A stretch of DNA of 64,000 nt from Octopus sinensis (lineage: Eukaryota), in NCBI RefSeq assembly GCF_006345805.1, contig NC_043001.1, forward strand, positions 2,542,001 through 2,606,000, read 5' to 3'. Positions 1 to 13,299 of the stretch are shown here, piece after piece. The translations under genes were made by a program, and so were the position numbers. Position 1 is the first letter of the stretch; each line of letters begins with the position of its first letter. The notes below the pieces were generated by a model. The model did no database searches, was not told where the DNA came from, and saw nothing but the letters and a program-made list of their open reading frames with translations.

Positions 1-269
1 GTTGTTGTTTACCTCCAAATTGGTTATGACTGAAATGCCATCGATCATAGGTGTCTTCAACTCGGACTGACCCGGGGCTAAACAGCAATAATGTAACAAG
101 TACTTTTACAGTTGCAAATTAAAAAAGCATAACGCTTAATTAGAAAGTTTGGAATTAGGGAGATAGGAAGTGTGTGTGTGTGTGTATGAATATGAATGTG
201 TATATGTATGTGCATATGTATATGTGTGTGTTTGTGTGTGTGTGTTGTGTGTGTGTGTGTGTGTGTGTA

Positions 270-306
<37 letters not shown>

Positions 307-581
307 AATGGATGAAAATATTTTGGATTTAAGACTTTAATTAATTTTCATGTTCAACATATCCATGAGATAATTATTTGCTATTCTTCAAGTATATGCC
401 AATCTAATTAGGCACTGAATTTCCGCAATTAATCCAGTGTTACAAATAACTTCCTGTAATGATTCCCCCACCACCACCACCACCATACCTTGCCATGAGT
501 TTTTTTTTTACTGCAGATGGAGCCACAGCATGGCCGTCTCCTTAAGAAGCATGTTTTGCGATCACCCCTTTCATGTGTCTC

Positions 582-744
582 TTATCTTTTACTGGTTTCA
601 GTCATCGGACTGTGGCCATGCTGGGGCACTGTCTTGAATAATTTACAACCGATCGAATCAACCCAGGTTATTCTGTTGGTCTCATTTGCTGAACTACTAG
701 GTTATGGGGACAAACACAGACACACACAGACACACACACACACA

Positions 745-793
<49 letters not shown>

Positions 794-830
794 ACACACA
801 CATACATGCACACACTCACACACATATGTC
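582..830 (-). mobile_element. 3' half of CORE-like tRNA SINE ending in an expanded (CA)n tract
   Basis: Carries the family tail (minus: ...CCCCAGCATGGCCACAGTCCGATGACTGAAACCAGTAAAAGA) shared with the full copy at 22043-22475. Confidence 0.7.
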
Positions 831-914
831 CCTATACATACATACATACACGCATGCACTTACGTATGCCTATATATATATATGTATATATATATGTTTA
901 TATATATATATACA

Positions 915-956
<42 letters not shown>

Positions 957-958
<2 letters not shown>

Positions 959-1152
959 TATGGCACCTGTGTCAGTGGCACATAAAAAGCACCCACTACA
1001 CTCACGGAGTGGTTGGCGTTAGGAAGGGCATCCAGCTGTAGAAACTTTGCTGGGTCAGTTTGGAGCCTGGTGCAGCCTTCGAGCTTCCCAGACCCCAGTT
1101 GAACCGTCCAACCCATGCTAGCATGGAAAGCAGACATTAAACGATGATGATG
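957..1152 (+). mobile_element. RTE-type 3' end / RTE-dependent SINE with (GAT)n tail
   Basis: GTTGGCGTTAGGAAGGGCATCCAGCTGTAGAAAC...CATGCTAGCATGGAAAGCAGACATTAAACGATGATGATG, the most frequent repeat in the window. Confidence 0.8.
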
Positions 1153-2054
1153 AATATTGGAGGTGATGCTGGATCTGTATCTTTCTCTATGGAGACTAGA
1201 ATTAATAACTAAATTCCTCTTAAATCCCAATCATCTGTGATGGAGACTCAGTCATCAAGCAAGTCCAGAGTTGTTACCATGCCAACAAAGGGCCAGATAA
1301 GCCTGTCTCTCATGGTGCCAGTAATTCCCAAATTTATTATAAATGGGATTTTCAGGTAAAGCAACTTCAAAAGACAAAAGAAGCAAAAATACAAAACATT
1401 TTAAGTTGAGTTGTCTCATGTTTGGTTTCCTGCATCATTGTTCACCTTGGTTTACCTCTTCGTTTCTATGTTCTCTGCAGCCTTCATTAATTAATGCTGC
1501 TTTGCACATTACATTAATTTTGTTAAGAAATACTTATAAATTAAAACCAAATCGATTGTAGATTTGGCAACAGTACAGCTGTAGGGTTTTGCATGAGTGA
1601 TATAGTAAGTTGGACATCTTTGATCAAGTGAGCTTATCCAAGCAATCAAGAATACAAAAACTCTCTCTCTAGGTTGTGTCTAACATTTAAAAAGGGAAAC
1701 TTCAGGGTTATAAAAGTAATGGACATGTATCTGTCCTATGACATTTTGTCAGCAACACGTATACTTCTGTCGGTAACAATATGACTCATCATTATACACT
1801 TATATATTTATAAATTTTTAAATACAAACATCACACACACACACATAAACAAACAAACAAACACACACACACTCATGCACGCACAGGCAAACAAACAAAT
1901 ACGCACACATACACTCACATATCTTTTCATCATGGGGATGAATACCATCATTCCAATGTGGAAAGGGTAGCCTTGTTAACCCTCAGATAAAGATTAGTTA
2001 TCCAATAATACAGTGTTAAGCACTCAGTCTCACTGTTCGATATTAGTGTGTGAA

Positions 2055-2320
2055 TCATCATCATCATCATCATCATCGTTTAGCGTCCGTTTTCCATGCT
2101 AGCATGGGTTGGACGGTTCTACTGGGGTCTGTGAAGCCAGAAGGCTTCATCAGGCCCAGTCAAATCTGGCAGTGTTTCTACAGCTGGATGCCCTTCCTAA
2201 CGCCAACCACTCCGAGAGTGTAGTGGGTGCTTTTTACGTGCCACCCGCACAGGTGCCAGACAGAGCTGGCAAACGGCCACGAACGGATGGTGCTTTTTAT
2301 GTGCCACCGGCACGAGGGCC
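2055..2320 (-). mobile_element. RTE-type 3' end / SINE, young copy
   Basis: Same tail on the minus strand; 3 substitutions in about 170 bp versus 9140-9332. Confidence 0.8.
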
Positions 2321-2325
2321 ACTTC

Positions 2326-2775
2326 TATCTTATATTTTTTACTTGTTTCAGTCACTAGACTGTAGCCATGCTGGGGCACCACATTGAAGAATTTTTATTT
2401 GAATGTATCAGACCCAATATTTATTTTTTTTTTCATAGCCTGATATTTATTCGTTCAGTTTCTTAGGCCAACAGGTTTTGGGGTCTGATGATATGCCATG
2501 AAGTTAAACACTTTATGGACAGAAACCCAGGGTAACCCCATATACCAGCCTTCACCAGAGAATATATATGTATATATATATATATACATATATACATATA
2601 TATATATATACACAACAGGCTTCCTTCAGTTTCTGTTTTCTAAATCCACTCACAAGACTGTTGTTGGACCATGGCTCTAGTAGAAGACAATGACCCAAAG
2701 TGCCATGTAGTGGGACTGAACCTGGAACCATGTGGTTGGTAAGCAAGCTACTTACCACACAGCCACACTTGTGCA
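2326..2775 (-). mobile_element. CORE-like tRNA SINE, diverged
   Basis: tRNA-like head, degenerate CORE-like segment, internal (TA)n, family tail. Confidence 0.7.
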
Positions 2776-2904
2776 CACGCACATATACACTTGTAAATAA
2801 ATACATTCATACTTATGTTGATCAACTGAGTAGAATGTTTTACTGAGAAGGTTAGAATAAAACCAAAACATGTCTCTTCTTTTAAAATTTTTACATCCAC
2901 AACT

Positions 2905-3107
2905 GACCTCACCTGTGCTGGTGCCATGTAAAAAGCACTCAGTTCACTCTGTAAAGTGGTTGGTGTTGGGAAGGGCATCCAGCAGCTGTAAGGACCCTGC
3001 TGAAACTGACACAGAAGCCTGGTGGAGTCTTCTGCCTGGCCAACTTCTGTCAAATCTTCCAACCCACCCCGCAGCATGGAAGGCTGATGTTAAACGATGA
3101 TGATGAT
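2905..3107 (+). mobile_element. RTE-type 3' end / SINE
   Basis: GGAAGGGCATCCAGC motif and GTTAAACGATGATGATGAT tail. Confidence 0.75.
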
Positions 3108-3489
3108 TAAGGGAGATTTTTCTTATTATTGCATAGATAATCTCCTTTGGCTGGGTTTTTTTCCCAATATTACATTCATGAAACCCAATTGTGTCTCTGT
3201 TTCATTCATAGAACAAAACCCTGGTCTATTTTGAACCGATGCCAGAGGTACTCAGCCACATTGTTGTCAAGACGTTCACTAATCTGGTTATCATTTTCAA
3301 TTAGCCTTTAGCATAATTAATGTACTAAGCATCATAACTTAAATTAATTAATTTTGTGAAGAAGTAATCATTGTTGGATAATGATTAACTAAACGAAAAA
3401 TAAGTAAAAGAAAAAAAAGGACAACTGAATATCAAAAAGACATTTTTTTAAAAGAAATCTGTTAAAATGAGTTTTCAAGCTAAAGTGTT

Positions 3490-3604
3490 TCATCATCATC
3501 ATCATCATCATCACCACCACCACCACCACCACCACCACCACCATCACCACCACCACCATCACAACCACCACCACCACCACCACCATCAGCATCATCAGCA
3601 TCAT

Positions 3605-3642
<38 letters not shown>

Positions 3643-3790
3643 CACCACCACCATCATCATCATTGTCATTTAACATCCGTTTTCCTTGCTGGCATGGGTC
3701 GGATGGTCTGATAGCATCAGTGCATTTTATGTGGCACTGGCACAGGTGTCTTTATGTGGCGCCAGCACTGACAGGGTCACTGAATAACTT
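3490..3790 (-). repeat. (CAT/CAC)n array grown from the (GAT)n tail of an RTE-type SINE
   Basis: The array at 3490-3660 abuts TTTAACATCCGTTTTCCTTGCTGGCATGGG, the SINE 3' end on the minus strand. Confidence 0.8.
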
Positions 3791-4580
3791 GCAATTCACC
3801 CCCACCCTCAGCTGTGAGGAGGGAATGGTAGTAATTGGCTTTGTACGAGTTGACCGGACACTGGATGTGTAGATGGACGTTAGATATCTAGAGGTAGAGG
3901 TGTCCTGATGTAGAATAAATACATGCCCATTGCATTTGGAAACGAAAAGAGGGGGAGTTCAAATTGTAATTAATTAATGCAGTAATGAGAAGAACGGCTC
4001 AGTCATTAACAGGCGCAGTGATAATTTTTGATCATCCATTTTCCTTCAAGAGACATACAAGCATGAGTGGCAGAAAATAATGACAATTTGGATATGCAGT
4101 TCTAAATTCTCCATAACTGAAACTACAAAAGATGGGAAGGTCATTTTTAGAATGTCTTTGACATTAGTTGAGAGATGAGGTTAAATAGCATCTTCAAAAA
4201 TTTATGCAACTTTGCCACGTTTTTTGTAAAAAAAATTTATCTCGAAATGACGTGGTTATTTTGTGTTACTACTGAAAGATAGGAGGGTCATGGTTAGAAT
4301 GTCTTTGGTTTTTGGCATCACATCTTTGATCATAGGTGCATTGAAACAGAAATGGCTTGGCTCCAAATAACACCCTGTGCAATGGCTTTGGTGAAGTTTG
4401 AACTTGTGACCAGTAAATTAGTAATACCTCACCTGTACCAGTGTGGAACCACACCTCTTCATTATTCTTCTCAAGTTGAGATTATCAACTTCTCTCTTTT
4501 AACAAACAATCCTTCCCCAAATTTATTATCTTTCGTTTTACTAATTGGTTGTGTTTATTGAAATATCTTCTGCACCTCAG

Positions 4581-4601
4581 ACAAAAACAAGATATGCTTG
4601 A
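4581..4601 (+). CDS. candidate 21-nt microexon
   Basis: tcttctgcacctcag|ACAAAAACAAGATATGCTTGA|gtaagg; open in phase 1 and phase 2. Confidence 0.25.
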   Translation, partial: TKTRYA

Positions 4602-4689
4602 GTAAGGAACCGAGAGATGCTTTGTTGTATTATGCTATGGTAGACAAAGGCAAAAAGTGGAGGGGGAGGGGGAGAGAGAAAAAGAGAGG

Positions 4690-5078
4690 GAGTAACTGAG
4701 AGAGAGAGAGAGAGAGAAAGAGAGTAAGAGATAGAGAAGAAGAAGAGTTTGCTGAAAGAAAATGTGATACTGAGAATGAAGTGCAAATGTTAGAGAGAGA
4801 GAGAGAGAGCAACAGAGAGAGAGAAAAAATAGAGAAAGAGAAACGGTGGAGAGGGAGAGAGAGAGAGAAAGCGAGAGAGAGAGAGAGCTATATATATTGG
4901 GTGAATGAGTGAGTGGGAGAGATCTCAGTATATGAAAAGATAAACACAGTTAGTGTATATGAAGCACATAATTTTTGCAAAAGAACTCAAAGAGTGATCG
5001 CGAAAATGAATTATGGCTTTAAAAGAGAATGAGATAATAATAATAATAATAATAACAATAATAATAATAATAACGATG

Positions 5079-5116
<38 letters not shown>

Positions 5117-5200
5117 GATGATAATGGTAATGTTAATAATAATGATAGTTATGATGATGATAATATAAATGATATGGATAATAATAATAATGATAACAAT
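4690..5200. repeat. (GA)n and (TAA/TGA)n microsatellite block
   Basis: Directly visible. Confidence 0.95.
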
Positions 5201-5729
5201 AATGGGGAGTGAAAAGAGAAAAAAATATTGTAAAAAAGACAAATCATTTTGTGTGTGTGTGTGTTCACATGTGTGTGTGTGTTCACATGTGTGTGTGTGT
5301 GTGTGGTGTGTGTGTGTGTGTGAATGTAGGGTAGTGATTTGACTTCATTTAACATGAAAAATGGCAAAGTTTGCAGCTATTGGTTCATTTTATTCCATCA
5401 CACCTACATCCACTTCTTTGAACTACAGGGGAATCTCTCCGAATCACCTTAATAGCTGGGGATTGGGGGTTTTTCTTTTGGTTTTTTTCATTTGCTCTTG
5501 TTAACTGCTTAAATTTTTTTCTGTTTATTTTTTACTTGATTTTTGCTTTATTTGTTTTACACACTTTTGTTTTTGGTAGTTTTGTTTTGTTGTTTAGTAC
5601 TTTTGTGTAGTTTTGTTTTAATTTCTTTTATGCTTTTTATTGTTTTTTTATTAATGCTCTTTATGATTATACATGCATACATTACATACATTTATACATA
5701 CATACTTACATACATACATACATACATAC

Positions 5730-5766
<37 letters not shown>

Positions 5767-6929
5767 CAATACACTCATTAGTTTTATCCATTTGGTTGGG
5801 GTCGTGCATATCAAATACATGCATACATACTTACATTAATATATACATATGCATATATGTATACGTATGTGTGTATGTGTGTATGTATATATATATATAT
5901 ATACACAAATAGATAGATATAGATACAAATATAGATAACAGATAGACAAATATGTATGTATACAATTACATGTCTATGTATACATGTAGATATGCACATA
6001 CAAATATATATACATATATGTATATATACATGTACACGTACTTGTGTCTGTATTCACATTTTCTCTCTTTCACTTTCTTTTTTTCTTTCTCCCCCCCCCC
6101 CCACATATAGGTCAGTTGTTAAACACACTGGCCTTTTTTTTTCCTTTTTTCCACAGTTCTGCAAGCTTGACTGAGTTTAATGGTTTTATTTCAATGACTA
6201 GCTTAACCCAACTTCTGTATTGAACCCTTCCTCATCTTCCTCCCACCCAACTTCATCAATAGATTGGTGCAACTCCATCCTCTGCATCAACTCAACATTA
6301 AACAAGTGTTTAAACAAACAATAAATAAAGTTCTATAACATTAATCAAGGAAAATGTGTTTGCAGAATAAATATATTCTTTTACTCTTTGATTGGGTTCA
6401 GTTGCTGGGCTGCGACCATGCTGTAGCATCCCCTTTGAAGGTATCTAGGTGAATGTATCGACCCTAACACTTATCTGGGTCTGATGTTTGGTTTGTTAAT
6501 TTATATAAATATAATTTGATGTTAACCTTTGACATAAGGACACACAATGTTGTGTTGCATCAGTAAACAACCAATACACACACACACACACACATGCACT
6601 GCATATAAGTACATGTACATACATACATACACTTTCAGCCTCATACCTATTATTATTGAAGCAACAGGATACATACTGACCTGTCTGGAATGAAGTATGG
6701 CTGAACTTTGGATCTTGGGGAGAGAACAAAAATCCTGAATTCCTATGTTATAAAATGATTGAAATATCTGGCCCTGTAAAAATCTGCAAGACCTTAAGTT
6801 TTGAAGGATGATAGCTAAAACAAGATGCCTTCGTTCACGACCTTGCTACCAAGCAGGTGGCTGCTCAAAATTTATTCTAAATTAAACAAGAGAAAGACTA
6901 ACATGCATACATACATACATACACATTAC

Positions 6930-8392
6930 AGCCAAGTAAAAAAAAAGTTGGACCTCAGAACTCTCAGCATTCAATAAAACAGTGGCCCACAGTGTGTTTG
7001 CAGTGTGAGTACTCATACCAACATTTAGGCCGCTAGATTGGACACTCGATGAGATGTGGACCATAAATGTGAAAACCTGGAACATACTAACTAACACTCA
7101 TAATTTCCACATAAACAGTGACGTAGACTGCCCCTACTTAAAATGATAACAAGGCAGCAGAGGCTTAATGTCAATCCAAAATGCCTTTGAATGTCGCATC
7201 ATATCCCTTCAGCAACGTCTCTTTTTGACTGAGGGTTGAAGTGCGTCCCTTGACCATGTTTGCATACAAGAGGCTGATAATAACATAAGATTTGGAAGGC
7301 AGTTCCTTGAGCAACATTCCTTGTTAGATAACCTAGAACAGATGCCCAAAGAAGTGGCATGGCTCTACCGCAGTGTATCACCAGATGAAAGGGTGAGCGT
7401 GTATGAGCAGAAGACCATGCATGGATATGTTAGTAGAAAGTTCAGAGATGATAGCAGTTTATCATGGATGAATAGCCAGATTGCTACCTCCCACTTTGAA
7501 GGGTATGCATTGGCAACCCTGGAACAGGAAATATCAGCCAAATACCTGATGCACAAAAGGGATAGAGATGTGGGAAAAGCCATAAAATGTGACAACCGAA
7601 GCAGACTTTGTGGAGTTAAAACTGAAGATATCACCCGCATCATAAGCAGTTGCCTGAAAATGTCATGATGGTATTATCTGCCGATAAGACATGATTTTGT
7701 TGCTAGGACATTCTATAATGAAATTCCTTAGAAAGATAATCTCAAGGACAAAGAAATAAGAAGCCACAATATGGTTGAAGCCATAGCTACTCACAATAAA
7801 AAGGAATGCAGGAGGAATGTACCAGTGAAGATCTCAATAAAATGTCAGCACAACAGACTTGATATAAGGATTTGAGACATAGAAGAGAAACTGTGCACAG
7901 TTGTGGAAATTAGCTGCCCAGCGGATGTTAACATAAAGCTGAAGATCAGTGAAAAAGAGAACACCTATACTGAACTATTGAGAAATCTACAGTTACTCTA
8001 TCCAGATTACAAGTTCAGGCTTATGCCTGTAATTATTGGGGCCTTGGGATACGTAACACACTGCCTAAATACCAACCTTGAGAAATCAGGCTTCTCAAAA
8101 CCAGAAAGGAGAAAGCTAATTCAAAGGCTACAGATCCAATCCATCACTGAAACTAAAAAACTGTAAAACTCTCCAGAAGTTTATCCTTTAAGTACATATG
8201 AGCATGTCTAGGTATGTAACTATAAGCATGAGAATGCATACATAAAACATACAAATCTGCACATACATACATACATACATACAAAACACCCTGTTGTTGA
8301 TGTTGAAATTTCAATGAAGGAGCCTTGGATCAAGGTTAGAAACAAGTTTTTTCTCTATTGACAAGAATTCTTGAAATAAAACTGAATAATGA
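6930..8392 (+). mobile_element. 5'-truncated, decayed REL-type (R4/Dong-like) non-LTR retrotransposon flanked by (TACA)n
   Basis: Translates to ...WTSELSAFNKTVAHSVFAV...NFHINSDVD...(RT thumb region), degenerate CCHC knuckle CDNRSRLCGVKTEDITRIISSC, HNRLDI (RPD decayed), VEISCP, PVIIGALG; several stops and frameshifts. Confidence 0.85.
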
Positions 8393-8446
8393 TATACATG
8401 CACGCATACATGCATGCATACATGCATGCATACATACATGCATATA

Positions 8447-8910
8447 CCCATCAGGTAAATGGCAGTGCTCAATATGTAGAAATGGTGTAGGCAGGAATTC
8501 CATATGCTATGGCCACATGAAGGTTATCAGTGAAGGTGGTGTTTGTATGTAGAAGACACACAAGAGCCATGAAAACTACAAATACTCAGGAATTCAATTA
8601 TTTCTCTTGTTCCTGTGTTTCTTTAGAGGCATTTGGCAATTTCTGCCATGTAGGGGACCTAATTAGTGTTGGGGGAGGATGCACCAAAAGTGTAATAGCT
8701 AAAATAAGAATAGGATGGAGAAAATTCAGAGAGCTTTTTACCTTTGTTGGCAACCAAAGGTTTCTCTCCCTCCAAGTGAAAGGAAGATTGTAAGATGCAT
8801 GTGTATGAACAGTAATGCTACATGGTAGTGAGATGTGGGCCCTGAATGTGGGAAACATGTAAAGGTTAGAGAGGAATGAAGCAACAATGCTCTGCTGGGT
8901 GTGCAAAGGC
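8447..8910 (+). mobile_element. RTE-clade LINE ORF fragment, decayed
   Basis: PSGKWQCSICRNGVGRNSIC zinc-finger-like segment; GDLISVGGGCTKSVIAKIRIGWRKFREL...VKGRL*DACV*TVMLHGSEMW. Confidence 0.85.
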
Positions 8911-9139
8911 AACTATTTCAATGTTTACTTACCTTTCTTTTCGTGCTTTCATCCTGTCAACTGTGCACATTCTTCTAGCTTTCATTACTACTGCTTCTGT
9001 CCCCTTTTTTTAGTCCTTTTCAACATGATATAGTGCACTTGAGAACTGGGTACTCTTATCTCATTATATTATACACACCTATGCACACACACCCACACAC
9101 ATAAAACAAAGTAAAAATTAGTTTTCAGTTTCAGCTGTT

Positions 9140-9332
9140 TCATCATCATCATCATCGTCGTTTAGCGTCCGTTTTCCATGCTAGCATGGGTTGGACGGTT
9201 CTACTGGGATCTGTGAAGCCAGAAGGCTTCATCAGGCCCAGTCAAATCTGGCAGTGTTTCTACGGCTGGATGCCCTTCCTAACGCCAACCACTCCGTGAG
9301 TGTAGTGGGTGCTTTTTACGTGCCACCCGCAC
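9140..9332 (-). mobile_element. RTE-type 3' end / SINE, young copy
   Basis: Near-identical to 2055-2270. Confidence 0.8.
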
Positions 9333-9940
9333 GTTTGAATTCCCAGCTCATTAATTTGGTGGATGAGTATTCCATAGACATCTTGAATCATTAATACAAT
9401 CCTGAAGCTGACAAACTAGGTGTCAAGGCCAGACCTTTGAATTACCATTATCACACTAGCATTGATTCCTTTTTACATGGTTCCAGTTTGCATAAAATAC
9501 GCTGGTGCCACATAAAAAACACCAATTATAAAGTTCTCTGTGCTGGCACCATGAAGAAAGCCCCTGTGCTGGTTCCAGAAAAACTGCACTGGTATTGGTG
9601 TCACATAAAAGTCACTGGTGCTAGCCCCATGTGAAAAGCACCCAGCAGACACTCTGTAAAGTGGTTGGCTTTAGGAAGGTCATCCGGCCATAGAAACAAG
9701 GCTAAAATGGACAACTGGAACTTGGAAAACGGATGTTAAACAATGATAATGATGAGAATCCATCAAATGGGCTCTCACTTGGCTCCCATCCACCCAAAAT
9801 CTAATAAATTGATTGAGGTTGACAAGTGGCTATGTTAAATGCCACATGCCCCAGATGTTATGCAGTGGGATTGAACCTAGAACTTAGTGATTGTTCAATG
9901 AACTTCTGACCCATTCAGCCATGATGCATTCCATGTATCA

Positions 9941-10482
9941 CTGGTACTCCATTGGTTGTGATGATGAACGTACCACTTGATCTGGTCAATGGAACAGCCT
10001 TATTTCTTTATTGCCCACAAGGGGCTAAACATAGAGGGGACAAACAAGGACAGACAAAGGGATTAAGTCGATTACATCGATTCCAGTGCGTAACTGGTAC
10101 TTAATTTATCGACCCCGAAAGGATGAAAAGCAAAGTCGACCTCAGCGGAATTTGAACTCAGAACGTAGCGGCAGACGAAATACCGATAAGTATTTTGCCT
10201 GGCGCGCTAACGTTTCTGCCAGCTTATGAAATTAACATGCAAGTGGCTGAGTGCTCCACAGACATGCTTACCCTTTACATAATTCTCTGGGAGATTCAAT
10301 GCAACACAGAATGTGACATGGCTGGCCCCATTTGAATTACAGGTACAACTCATTTTTTGCCAGGTGAGTGGACTGGAGCAATAAATTGAAATAAAGTGTC
10401 TTGCTCAAGGATGCTACACACTGCTGGAAATTGAACTCACAAGATTAAGATTGTGAACTGAACACCCTAACCACTAAGCCAC
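9941..10482 (-). mobile_element. tRNA-headed SINE (V/Meta-like TCCTTGAGCAAGACACTT domain) interrupted by another SINE
   Basis: Matches the copies at 13300-13565, 48704-48971 and 59160-59432; halves rejoin as ggaacagcct+gcttatgaaatt. Confidence 0.75.
10001..10224 (-). mobile_element. Nin/Deu-domain-like SINE, apparently intact
   Basis: Minus: GGCAGAAACGTTAGC...GAGTTCAAATTCC (B box)...TTTCATCCTTTCGGGGTCGATAAATTAAGTACCAG...AATAAAGAAATAAG. Many decayed relatives across the window. Confidence 0.8.
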
Positions 10483-10602
10483 CTACTTTCACACTCCACC
10501 TGTATGGAGACACATAAATACGAATAAAGACTGAGGAAAAGGAAAGTTTGCTTTAATCAATCATTAGTCTGCAGTTGTGTCTTTTGGGAGAAACTGAAAC
10601 CA

Positions 10603-11024
10603 TTTACTCTTTTTACTCTTTTACTTGTTTCAGTCATTTGACTGTGGCCATGCTGGAGCACGGCATTTAGTCAAGCAAATCGATCCCAGGGCTTATTTTT
10701 TGTAAGCCTAATACTTATTCTATCGGTTTTTTGCCAAACCGCTAAGTTACGGGGACATAAACACACCAGCATCGGTTGACAAGCGATGTTGGGGGAGACA
10801 AACACTGATACACAACATATACACACACATACATATACATATATATACATATACATATATACGACGGGCTTCTTTCAGTTTCCGTCTACCAAATCCACTC
10901 ACAAGGCTAGGGTTGGCCCGAGGCTATAGTAGAAGACACTTGCCCAAGGTGCCACGCAGTGGGACTGAACCCAGAACCATGTGGTTTGTAAGCAAGCTAC
11001 TTACCACACAGCCACTCCTGCGCC
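10603..11024 (-). mobile_element. CORE-like tRNA SINE, full length
   Basis: Head GGAGTGGCTGTGTGGTAAG, B box GGGTTCAGTCC, GGCACCTTGGGCAAGTGTCTT, internal (TA)n, (GAGTAAAA)n tail. Confidence 0.85.
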
Positions 11025-11116
11025 TACATTTGGGAACTTGGGTTTGATGTGACTTTCCTGCCTTTCTTTTGGGATTTACTGATAGCAATGAAAGGAAATA
11101 AATGACTTTGTATGCA

Positions 11117-11530
11117 CTCTTACTCTTTTACTCTTTTACTTGTTTCAGTCATTTGACTGCGGCCATGCTGGAGCACCGCCTTTGGTCAAGCAACTCCATC
11201 CCGGGACTTATTCTTTTTGTAAGCCCAGTACTTATTCTATCGGTCTCTTTTTGCCGAACCGCTAAGTGACGGGGACGTAAACACACCAGCATCGGTTGTC
11301 AAGCAATGCTAGGGGAACAAACACAGACACACAAACACACACTCATACATATATATATATACATATATACGACAGGCTTCTTTCAGTTTCCGTCTACCAA
11401 ATCCACTCACAAGGCATTGGTCGGCCCGAGGCTATAGCAGAAGACACTTGCCCAAGATGCCATGCAGTGGGACTGAAACCGGAACCATGTGGTTGGTTAG
11501 CAAGCTACTTACCACACAGCCACTCCTGTC
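11117..11530 (-). mobile_element. CORE-like tRNA SINE, full length, next to the previous copy
   Basis: Same modules as 10603-11024. Confidence 0.85.
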
Positions 11531-12462
11531 TATAATAGTTTAATTAAATTTATATAAAAGCAAGAATAAATAATTAGAAATTAATTTTTATTTTTTTGAT
11601 TGAAGCAAAAATGTCACAACAAAATATATAATGAAGTGGTTGCTATCAAGATGTATTCTATAAATAATTTCTTTAATTATTTGCATCTAAAACAAGGTGT
11701 TTGGAATTGGCAGAACAGTTGGAGCCTCTGAAGAAACAGTTTGAGAATTTTACTTTGTGAGTTCAGTTCCTTCCAATGTTGACAGTATCTCTTATTCTTT
11801 TGAGGTTGATCTAATAAAGCACCATGAAAGCACTGAGGTGGATGGCATCGACTAACCCCTCACCTCAATATTGCTGGCTCTGTGCCTAAATTAGAAACAA
11901 TTATAAGTGTTTAGTATCTAAAAATCAATTGTCCATGTCAGTTTAGTTTTTGATATGACTGTATTGTTTCCATCATAAATCATTTCGTCGGCAAAACCAA
12001 ATATTTTAAGATTCACTTCACTTCACTCCAGATCTTTTTTGGCAGAAGAAATTATGAAACTTTTGTCAGTCTTTCAACTGTATAGGTTTTGTTATCATAT
12101 GGTTGTTATGTCTAGCAGACCGCTACTTTGTTGTTGAGATTCTTTAGTAAAGTTTACTCTGCTGTAACTATTTTAACCAGACTGTGGTGTCTCTCCCAGT
12201 CCCCAGGTTTCCTTTAGAGACAGCCCTTCACTTGTCCAGGCTGGACATCAGCCACATCAATCTCGCTCTCTTAGAAGGGCCCCACAAAGGGAATAGGAAT
12301 AGCTTCCTTCTCCAAAGGAAACCAACATCAATCAATATCAATTAATATCAGTCTCTCCAGTCTTGGAGGGCCCTGCAGGGGTCATGGGCATATCCCTTTA
12401 AGAATAAACCAATAAAAGAGTTTAGATATATAAATAACAGTTTTATGTATAAGTTTTTTACT

Positions 12463-12493
<31 letters not shown>

Positions 12494-12502
12494 TATTCAC
12501 AC

Positions 12503-12533
<31 letters not shown>

Positions 12534-12551
12534 CATATATATATATATGTA

Positions 12552-12584
<33 letters not shown>

Positions 12585-13299
12585 ATGTATATATATATAT
12601 ATCTATAAAAATGTATATAAGTATATGTGTGCATATATACATTTATGTATGTTGTATGTATATTTATGCACATTTATATGTACACACATTTCCATACATA
12701 ATCATCATTATCAGCATCGTCGTCAAACCAATTTTCAAAGGTATTCTAAGCCATGTTGTTGTAGTTTAAACCCAGGATTTTTACATGTTTTGGCATCCAT
12801 GGCAGAATTTGATACAGAATTTTCAATCCACAAAATGTTTGTTATCTATAGATTTGCCATTTGCTGTTGGTGCCCTAAATATTTCCATACTAACACATTT
12901 AAAATACAATGGCTAATGCTTTGAACCTTATCTCTTATAATCTAAAACTGAATTATCTGAGGAAAGGCTATTTTAATGTTGTACATCTTGGATACATTTT
13001 TCTTCTCAAATCAAATTCTGCCAAGGTAAACTTTGCCTTTCATTCTTTCAGTCAAATGCTGCAGTTGATGTAATCCACTGAGCCCCTCTTCCAAAATTGC
13101 TGGCATTGTGCCAAAATTTGAAATCATATGTCTTGGATAAGCCTTTAAAAATAAGATTAATTCAATAATAATGAAAGGATCAAATGAAAAATAAGAATTG
13201 GTTGTCAATTTCAAATAATTGTTTTGCTAAAAGTTGGAAATGGAACTCGATGATTCTAAGAAAAAAAAAATAACTGATATGTCATCAGTTACGATGACA

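Noticed and set aside
3467-3673. Poly-His and poly-Met/Val ORFs
   Set aside because: Translation of a (CAT/CAC)n array attached to a SINE tail
3930-4030. TAAT-rich stretch resembling a homeodomain-bound enhancer
   Set aside because: Such motifs are expected by chance in AT-rich DNA; no conservation data
8300-8350. Hammerhead-like TCAATGA...hairpin...GAAAC in the REL 3' UTR
   Set aside because: Core is too degenerate, has extra nucleotides, and shows no stem I/III
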